Source: Candidatus Undinarchaeota archaeon | Lineage (GTDB): Archaea; SpSt-1190; JASMDC01 | NCBI GenBank assembly: GCA_964519305.1 | Contig: CAZFHY010000015.1 | Span: 32,001-96,000 of the forward strand | DNA: 64,000 bases | Direction of reading: 5' to 3' | Part shown: in pieces, positions 18,011 to 27,100 of the stretch | Position numbering within the stretch: position 1 is the first letter of the stretch | Layout: each line of letters begins with the position of its first letter | Program-made: the position numbers and the translations under genes | Notes under the pieces: model-generated | Databases searched by the model: none | Told to the model about the DNA's origin: nothing | Seen by the model: only the letters and a program-made list of their open reading frames with translations

Positions 18011-21000
18011 TCTCGACGCTGACGAGCTCCTCTTCGTCCTCGTTGACCTCCATGATGGCGAACCGCTTGACCAGCTCCACGTCCCGCCCCAGGGCCGGGA
18101 GGCGCACATAGTAGTCGAGGATCTCGAGCAGCTGAATGCGGCGGATGATCACCGGGATCTCCAATGCCTTGACCTTACCCCCGATCGTACATCGGTCATC
18201 GTTCTGGTCGCGCACATAGATCTCCAGCTTGGACGAATGGGTGCTCTGGAGACCCGGCGGATTGAGGATTATGTTGAAGGTGACCTCCTGCAGCACATCG
18301 AGCGTGGGCGGTGGCACGGGATAGAGCTGTGCCCAGTGTCGCAGGGAGGCTCCCGTCTTGATGGTCAGGCTCGTGAGCCCACCGAGGTTCTTGATACGGA
18401 AATCGACTGAGCACGGTGTGGCATCGATCGATACACACTCCAGCACCGAGGGATGGTACTCGAGCTTCGACTTGCCCTTCATACGCACGAGCACAGTATG
18501 GTTGGCGTGCTTCACCCCGGAGACGATCGAGGCGCGCACGGACCATGCCTTACGCGAGTCCTCACAGCGGTCCGTGTCGGTCCCCTTGTTGTACAGTGGC
18601 TTGCATCCCTTGTCCTTGGTGAGATTGAAGTGACCTGTAGCGTTGGTGTTCACCTTGCAGTTATTGGAGGCCTGCACGACGTTCCCGAACTCGTCGAGCA
18701 CTGAGATTTTGACCTCGCTGAGCGGGAAATTGCTCTCACCCCAGACCTCCATGGCAGCCTGCCCGTCAATGACCTCACCGTTCTTATGCGAGGTTATGAG
18801 GACCTGTGGCATCTCGCCCACAGTGAACGTGTGAAAGGCGAGGTAGGACTGCCCATTGGGCATGACCTTTCCCTCGTTGGGATCCCCTTCAGGGAACACG
18901 TCCTCGGCCCAAAGTTCGACGTGGTAGTCCCCGTAGGCGAGGGTCGTTTCGATTTCGAAGGAGCGTTCTGTCGTCCGCCCTATCTCTACGATGTTGTTCC
19001 TGTCGTACACGATAACGGGATCGTCACCCTTGGCCTTGAGACCTATAGAATCCTTCCCCGGAATGACCATGGACACGTCAGCACCCGCCCGGGTGAAGGT
19101 TATCCCCGTCCCGGAACTATTGGACACCGTAAGCTTGGTGTCATCCCCGTTCTTGACGAACGTAACGATGTCGAGGACCTTCTCGTCGTCATTAACCTCG
19201 AGCTTCCAGTCGTTGATGATCGTAGTAGCACCGAGGGAGATGTCCATGAGGATATCGTCCCCGCTGCGCGTGAGGATCGCCTTGTTCCCCGCATGAGTGA
19301 GCGTCACAACGTTGCCGTTGACCACGATGGAACCCACGCCCACCCAGTCGCCTTGCTCATGCCAGTACCGCAGGTACTCGCGCAGCCCCCACTGGTCATC
19401 GCTGTTGATATCATCCAGACCGCCCCACCCGAAGAGGACCCGTCGCTGGATCCATTCGACCCCGCGGAACGTGACCAGATACCGGCGTAGGTCGAGCTCG
19501 TCATCACCGGGCACCTCGCCCCACCTGAAAAGCTCAGAGCCCACGTTCAGTGAGTACCGGAGCGTATCATTGTCTACATTTTCGCACTTCCAGGTGAGGG
19601 TGGGATTGAGCTCGGTGGTGACGTTGGGGGCAATGTCATAGGGCATGCCGGGTGCATCGTTGGCGCACTTGAAGATCGCATCGGTGACCGTAGATACACC
19701 ACCGTGCGGGTCCTCGCTGAATAGCCGGACGAAGTAGTCCGTGTCGTACGTGAGGGTGGATGTGATGTCCCATGAGGTACCGGTCGTCTCCTCGTCGTTG
19801 ACGACGTCGGAGCCGTAGAGAGCTGACCCAACGAACACGTGGTAAGTGAGAGCATCACCGTCGTAGTCGAACCCCTTGTCCCACTCTATAGTGGGCGAAG
19901 TATCGTGGATTATCTCCGGTCTCAGGTTCGTGGGGGCGTGAGGGTTGGCGTTCACGCAACCGTCGATCATTACGGCGTCTATGCTGCTCCATGCCTCTTC
20001 GGCCTCATCGCTCACTGCCTTCACATCGATGCGGACCTTGTCGATCTTGGACTCGGTCCTCGAGATGGTGGGGCTCCAGTACGGACGTTTCTTGGTATTG
20101 TCAATGCAGTAATCGGCGTGGTCCTTGTTCGAGAACCGCTCGTACTCGTCATCCCCCCAGGCCGCGTCCCACACCTTGTTGGCGCTGTCGGCGTACCATT
20201 TGGGATCAGTGCTGTCGATGGGATGGACGGTGATGTTCGAGATGCGGCCGGGTTCGTAATCGAGAACGATCACGATGCGGTCCAGGTACATGGGAGTGGT
20301 ATAGGAGAGTTCGAGCCAGTCGTGGTCCTTGCGGGTCGAGGGGCGCCACTCCATGTCGGCCTTGGGATCACAATTGGACGGATCGGTCGGATTCGAGTCC
20401 CACTCGAGAGGTTCGTCCTTGGCTGTAGATGCCGCGTGGTTTGCCTTGTAGGAGGACGCTGTAGCGCTCGCAGCCCACTGGGTGGTAGTGGCCGAGCACC
20501 ACGGGACGCCCTCGAACATGCAGACGTGGTCGAAGGTGAGACCTGTCGCGTGGCGGCCCGAGCCGGTGTTTACACAGTCGCCCGTCTCGACCTGGTACCG
20601 CAGCCGCTGTGTGTTCTCGGGTAGGTCCCACGTCTCTTTCACGAAGACCTGGTCTTTCCCTGACAGGCTCGCCCACTGGCCAGTGTGCTTGCCCAGTGTG
20701 CTCCCGCCGCCGTCGTACGCGAACAGGATTATACGGGCATCGTCATTGGCGCAATCCTTGTCCGCGGGTTTTTGGGTGATACCATTGACCCACAGTCGGG
20801 CGATGGCCTGGTAACCCTCGATGGTCGCAGGAACGACCACGTCCTGATGGAACAGGTCCTCGTACACCCCTGTGGCCTTCTGCTGGACGCACTTTGAGCC
20901 TTCATAGCACACGGAACCGCTCACGGTCTGGACGATAGTGCTGGCGGCCGCCCAGTTGTCGGTGCCCTTCTCGAAGTCGGCGTTCTTGACATCGTTGTTG

Positions 21001-21074
21001 TCGTCGCACTCGTCACCGGCCGACATCGCAAGCAGGAGCACGAGGATGAGGATCGCGGCGCGGGCCATCCCCAT
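17997..21074 (-). CDS. Secreted multidomain protein: carbohydrate-binding-like, discoidin/pappalysin-like, two FN3-like and Ig-like domains
   Basis: Signal peptide MGMARAAILILVLLLAMSA, NADFEKGTDNW, QWAASATASSY...DWLELSY...IDAVMIDG, FN3-like PTIEW...LTY...YFVRL. Start corrected to ATG 21074. Confidence 0.8.
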   Translation of the reverse strand: MGMARAAILILVLLLAMSAGDECDDNNDVKNADFEKGTDNWAAASTIVQTVSGSVCYEGSKCVQQKATGVYEDLFHQDVVVPATIEGYQAIARLWVNGITQKPADKDCANDDARIILFAYDGGGSTLGKHTGQWASLSGKDQVFVKETWDLPENTQRLRYQVETGDCVNTGSGRHATGLTFDHVCMFEGVPWCSATTTQWAASATASSYKANHAASTAKDEPLEWDSNPTDPSNCDPKADMEWRPSTRKDHDWLELSYTTPMYLDRIVIVLDYEPGRISNITVHPIDSTDPKWYADSANKVWDAAWGDDEYERFSNKDHADYCIDNTKKRPYWSPTISRTESKIDKVRIDVKAVSDEAEEAWSSIDAVMIDGCVNANPHAPTNLRPEIIHDTSPTIEWDKGFDYDGDALTYHVFVGSALYGSDVVNDEETTGTSWDITSTLTYDTDYFVRLFSEDPHGGVSTVTDAIFKCANDAPGMPYDIAPNVTTELNPTLTWKCENVDNDTLRYSLNVGSELFRWGEVPGDDELDLRRYLVTFRGVEWIQRRVLFGWGGLDDINSDDQWGLREYLRYWHEQGDWVGVGSIVVNGNVVTLTHAGNKAILTRSGDDILMDISLGATTIINDWKLEVNDDEKVLDIVTFVKNGDDTKLTVSNSSGTGITFTRAGADVSMVIPGKDSIGLKAKGDDPVIVYDRNNIVEIGRTTERSFEIETTLAYGDYHVELWAEDVFPEGDPNEGKVMPNGQSYLAFHTFTVGEMPQVLITSHKNGEVIDGQAAMEVWGESNFPLSEVKISVLDEFGNVVQASNNCKVNTNATGHFNLTKDKGCKPLYNKGTDTDRCEDSRKAWSVRASIVSGVKHANHTVLVRMKGKSKLEYHPSVLECVSIDATPCSVDFRIKNLGGLTSLTIKTGASLRHWAQLYPVPPPTLDVLQEVTFNIILNPPGLQSTHSSKLEIYVRDQNDDRCTIGGKVKALEIPVIIRRIQLLEILDYYVRLPALGRDVELVKRFAIMEVNEDEEELVSVEITVW

Positions 21075-21114
21075 GGTGCGTCGCCCGTCCCTCTCTACTC
21101 GTCGTCCCACGGGC

Positions 21115-24100
21115 TCACCCCTCACGTCCATCGACGGCAACGGTGCGCCGGCGAGTCCTACGCGCTAGGAACAGGCCTGCCAGGGCCAGCAGGAGCGCGA
21201 TGTCCACTGCGCCAACGCCGGGGGCCGTCGCCATGAAAGCACTACCGCTGGCGTACACGACCCGCACATAGAACTGCTTCTCGTTGAGCCGCTCTAGCGA
21301 GTCCGCGTCCACGACGTAGATCTCGATGAGACCTGCGGCGGTGAGCTTGTAGGGATTGATCTCCACCGGGATGGTCTTCGACTCACCTGGGAATAGGGTG
21401 AACGCCTCCTCATCGAAGGTGGACCACATCTCCTCCTTGTGGAGCTTGAGCACTAGGTTCATCGGCTGTGTCCAGTAATTGGTGACGTGAGCGCCGAGCA
21501 GGAACGTCTCGCCCACGAAGGTCGACATTGTGTTCTCGACGATATCGGCCTTACCGGACATCTTGCGTACCTCGAGCTTGACGAACTTCTCGAAGGAGAA
21601 CACTGTCTGGTAATGGGCGTCGGTGTAGAGCATGCAGATGCCCGTCTCGGGCGCAGGGGTACCCTCGTACTCGCACTGGTCCGGAGCCGCCTCCTGGGTG
21701 CAGAAGTGGCACATGGGCAGAGTGGCGGTGATGGTCATCACCGGTCGCGGCTCGTTGGTGACCAGACCTGAGACGTCGCACAGGAACACACCGGAGCCCT
21801 GGTGCGTGCAGGTCTTCTCGATGTTCTTGTAGGATAGGGTGGCCTGGCACATGTCGCACCGCTCCGGCGCGCCACCGTGCTGCTGGAGATAGGAGGACGT
21901 TATCACGTGGAACGCGATCTTGACGTCCTTCTTGCCACCGGGCAGCGTCTGCTTGCGGACCTTGATGTCCTTGACCGAGATGGCGGGGATGGGGCCGTCC
22001 CTGGGGTGGCACAGCTCGCGTTCGTAGCCGAGCGTCGATGAGAGCATCTGGCACCCGGTCTTGGCACAGGTGTAGTAGCCGCCGTCGATGAGGTCGATCT
22101 GACCCTCGGTCTCGTTGAACAGGGCCTTCTCGTGGTAGTAGCAGTTGAGGGTGGTGACGTTCACGGTGCCCGGGTACGGGCAGTTGCCCTTGAACACGTC
22201 GTCGGACCAGTCGAACCCGTCGTAGGCGTCGTCCCCGTCGTCCTTACAGATGTCCCAGTACTTCTTCTCGTCCTTGTCGAAGGCATAGTAGCATGTATGT
22301 GTGGCGTTGTCCAGGCACCAGCCCTCCGTGGCGACATCGATGCTGATGGGCTTTTCGTCCTTCAGCTCATTGTTGAGGCGGAAGCGCGTGTTGTCGGCGG
22401 AGTTCGCCTTATCCAGCTCGAGCCAGGTACATCGCTGACGGTGACTGGCTTCCTGCGGTTCCACTGGAGCCTGGTGGCAGCCATTGGAGTCGCAGTCAAC
22501 GGCCTTGGACCAGTCGGCGCCGGTCTCCGGGTCCTTCTCGGACCAGAAGTAGCATGTGATCTGGTAGTTCTGCTTTCCGTAGATCTCGTTGTAGCTGTGA
22601 CCCACGATCTCCGTGTCCCCGGCACCGTCGCAGTCCCTGAATTCCTGACTGTCCACACCGAAGAAGTCGTTGTAGTTCGCCGAATCGACACCATTGTAGA
22701 GCTTATTGTCCACCTGGCTCGTCTTGTTGACACCCTTCTCGCAGTAGTGGCAGTAATCACGGCTGTCCGAGTAGTAGTAGAAGTTGTCGTTGTCGCCGTC
22801 GTCACCACAGCACGGCGCCTCGGCATTGGCCCCAGCTTCGTCGTGGAGGCCGCCGTCGCCAAGGTCAGGGTGGTCATTTGGCTCGAACCAAGCGTGCTTG
22901 TTGTACTTGTCCACGTCATAGCTGCGGGCACGCCAGGATAGGCAGTGGCAGGCATTGGCGCTGACATCGCCGCCCTTGTTACCGCCTGTTTCGGCCGAAT
23001 CGTAGCAGGTACCGTTGGACACGCAGTCAGTCTCTCTCGGGCAGCAGGAGAGGTAGTAGTTGTACGTCTTACCGCTGCTGAAGTGGGGTGCGTCCGATGC
23101 TTGCCATGAGCGCACACCTATGTTGTCGCCCGGTACGCGGTGGAGCGAGCCGCCGCCCGTACCTTCCGAGCGGAGGGACCACTCGCTGGCATCATCGCCG
23201 CAGCAGGTGTCCTTCGAATCCGAGCCGCCGTTGTTCACGGAGGTGCCGTACTTGACGTCCCACCAGACGCCCTGGTCCTTGTTCTGGGAACCGGTGGTCG
23301 TGTCAGAGAAGCACCGGGTGTCGCAGTACCGCCAGGCGATGGACGCGTCGTCGCCGCTGCTCTGGCCGGCCACGTCCCGGTTCTTGTCGTTGAGGTTGTC
23401 GAAGTCGACGTAGTACATCTGTGAGTATGCTTTCTCGTTGGAGTTGGGAAGTCCCGTTGGATCGTTGCTCGTTGGCGTGTCGTCGAAGTACCGGTTAGTA
23501 TTGCTCTTGCCTGAGTAGCTGGTGCCGCCCATGGCACGGTTCTCGCCGTAGTACTGCCACAACATCTTGTACTGGTAGCTACCTTCCAGGGTGCACATCT
23601 CGAGCGGGTCGGTCGTGCGGGTGATCGGGTCGTGGTTGGTCGCTGTGGTCGTGACGGTAGTCACCGATATCTTATTGTCCGTAGAGCCGTCGTTGAGCGG
23701 GTAGGTGAAGGTGTAGCTGCACGTCTCCTTGCCGTACTGGGTTGTGTCGATGCGCCAGGTCGTGGGTCCATTGCCGTCGTTGACGCAGGTCATGGCCACG
23801 TTATTGCGGTATTCGGTCCCGTCGGGTTTCTTGAACCCGTAGGTCCCGTCCATGTCGTAGCCGCAGTAGTAGTGGCTCTGGCACGTACCGGAGCGGCAGC
23901 CCTTGCGGTCACCGGTCTTTTCGTCGTCGCAGGAGTTCGGGCAGTTAGCGACCTTGCTGGCCGCGACCCCATTTGCGTCATTGTCACAGCAGTAGGTGAC
24001 ATAGTTGGCCACACCAGGCACGCGATAATCGAACTTGACGTAGCCGTAATACCAACCGCTGACGGTGCAGGTCGTGTACTTCTTCGTGCACTGTGCGTAG

Positions 24101-27100
24101 CACCAGTCACCGCTGGCCTGTGAGTAGAAGTCGCAAGTTAAGGTGTCCATGCCCTTGTCGTACCAGCAGGTGGACTTCTTGTTCGCGTACGCATTGCTGC
24201 ACGTGAGGTCGCCGCAGCTCATGACCGAAGGCTCGCCGGCGTCATCGCCCTTGAGCACCTGTTTGTCCTGGTCCCATAAGTAGACGTAGGGTTTGACCGA
24301 GGCGATGTTCACCCACTGGCCGTCGCGGCAGAACTCCTTGTCCCCGTCACTGTCGATGTCCACGAGGCGCTCACGCACGTAGCACTTGTCATTGAACACA
24401 CAGTCCGTGGCAGCAGGGCAGCAGGCAAGGTCGTCTGTGGACACATCGCACACGCTCTTGGAGCCTCCTGTCACGAGCTCCTCGAGCGTCTCGCACTTAC
24501 GGGCCCACTCGTTGGCATCGTCGCCGCAGCACGTACTGGCGCTCGCAGAGCCGTCGTTGTTCTGGGCGAGAGCGTACCAGCTGCCGTCATTGTACTTGGT
24601 CTTCGTGCCTCCGCCCAGGTTCCACGCCACGCCCGAGTCGCGTGCGCCGGTCGTGGTGTCATCGAAGCACGTGGTCGTGCAGTAGCGGTCGGGATCGGCG
24701 GTCGCGGTGTCGTAGGTGCCGGGATCGCCCGGTGGTGCCTTGTTGACGCTGCCGATGTTGTCGAAGTTGACCTTGTAGATGGCCGTCCAAGCGAACTCCT
24801 CAACACTCGTCTTCGAGCCCTTACCGTCGCACTCACCGTTGAAGAAGAACTTGGACTTCGCTTCGTACTTGCCCTCGCGCTTGCAGTTATCACGCTTGAG
24901 GTCCGTCCAGTCCATCTTGCAGCTTTCGGACGCCATCTCCTTGTTATCGGTACCCTTGCACGTGGACTTGGGACAGTTCAACACCTTCCAACCACCGGTG
25001 AGGTCGGTGCCCGAGTCAGTGTGACGAATCTTGTAGTACCCTGGTGCGCACCAGTAAGCGTTGATAGGCCCGTGCCACTCCGGGGTCACGAGAGGTAGGT
25101 CGTCGCAGGTCTTCCCATTGAAGATGAACTCCGACTTCACAGTGTACTGCCCCGCGGTCTTGCACACGTCATAGTCCCACGTGGGGCAGCTATTGGCAGT
25201 GATCTTCATGATCCTGTTCCCGCTCGCATCCTCCTGGCAGAACTCGTTCGCACCCTTGCCGGGGCAGTCGAGGATCCCGGAGTTGGCCTCCTCACTACCG
25301 CCACCGTGGTACATGCGGTGGCGGACCTGGACCGGCGGCTTGGACGCAAAGCACTTGAAGATCTTGTTGTTCTTGAACGTCTCTGTCGTGGTGTGGAAGC
25401 TCTTCTGGTTACAGTTCTTGCCGTTGTATGTGAAGTCGATCTGTGCCCGGTACCATCCGTCCTCGGTGCACGCGTCGGTGAACTGGGGACTCTCGCAGGT
25501 TTCCACACGTTGTTCACCGCTGCAGGAGGTAAGGCAGCTCGAGGTCTTGTCGAACACGACCTTGTTGCTTGGCGAGTAGATACGGTAACGGACATCGTCC
25601 CGACGCAGCTTCCATACACCGTCCACACACCATTCATTGTATCCGTCACTGTCGGCGTCTAGGTCATAGCCGTTATCGAAGCAGTTCCCTCTTGTGACAC
25701 AATCGTACCGGGCCTTGCAGCAGGCCTTGTTGTCCCAGCTGCAGGCGTTGGTAGTAGCGCTCTTCTCATCATCGCTCGTCTCGCACGTGCGGTACCACTC
25801 GCTTCCGTCATCACCGCAGCATGAGGACGCAGCGGTCTCTCCGCCGATGTTCCAGGCGATCCCGCTGTCATGGGCACCGGTGGTCTTGTCGGCGAAACAG
25901 GTGAGCGAGCAGAAGATTCCGCTGTGACCGTCCCAGTTCACGTTGTATTTGACCTCATCGATGTCCTGGGTCGTCGCTTCCAGCGCGGTACCGTCCCAGT
26001 TCTTGCCAGAGTAGGCCATCCGGCTCACGAAGTGCACATCGCCCTCGTAATCACAGCGTTTGTTCATGCTGCTATGGGTGATGTAGGGGCTGGGATCCCA
26101 TGTGTACGAGCACGGGACCACGAACGATTTGTGAGTTGGATCGTGGGAGAACTGGTCCGTGATGTCGGTACAGGACATGTCCTTCCAGTTGAGGAGCGTT
26201 GTCCCGCCGACGTAGATCTTGATCTTGGCGGTCGTGTCGAGAGCGCATGAGAACACCTGCATCTTGCTGTCCTCGACCCAGCTCTCAGTGTTCGGTAGGG
26301 TATTCCCGTTGACGCATGAATTGCCTTTATGTGAGACCTTGGCCCGGACCGTGTAGAAACCACCGCGCTGCGAGCAGATAGCCTTCTCTGGGACGGAGTA
26401 CGTCTCACAGTCCGACATGTAGGTGCCGCCGTCGCACGACGTGTCGCACTTCTTCTTGGGGCTTGTGTGAGCGACGCTCCCATCGGGATGGTAGACGTAG
26501 TAGTACACCTCGTCATCGATGTCACAGAAGTAGAGATTGGTCTTGCTAAGAGCTGATTTCACGTTCGACGTGGGCATGTTCTGACATTCAGGCCGGTTGT
26601 GCAGGATGTCCACCTCGGCCTGGTACCAGCCGGGGATCTTGCACTCGTTGTAGTCCATCGTACACTCGTGGTACGTCTGCGCTTCATTGCCCGTGCCCGA
26701 GGGGCAGCTGGTCGAACAGATGACGTCGTAGGAGGCGATCTGGCCGACGGTGTAGTGGAAGATGCGGTACTTGGCCTTCTCGGGCAGGTCCTGCCATACG
26801 CCGTCGACGCACTTCTCCTCGGCGTTGTCGCCATCGATGTCACCGACGTAGTTATCGTTGTAGCAGTTACCATAGGCCACGCAGTCGTACCGGGCGCTGC
26901 AGCACGCATTGTTGTCCCCCTTGCAGGCGTTCTTGACAAGCTCGTCGGTCTCGCACTTACGGTACCATTCGTTGTTGTCATCACCACAGCAGGTCGTCGC
27001 CGCGGTCTCCCCGCCGATGTTCCAGGCGACGCCGAAATCATGAGCACCGGTGGTCTTGTCAGGGAAACAGGTCGGTGCTTTGCAGTATATTCCGGAGTGA

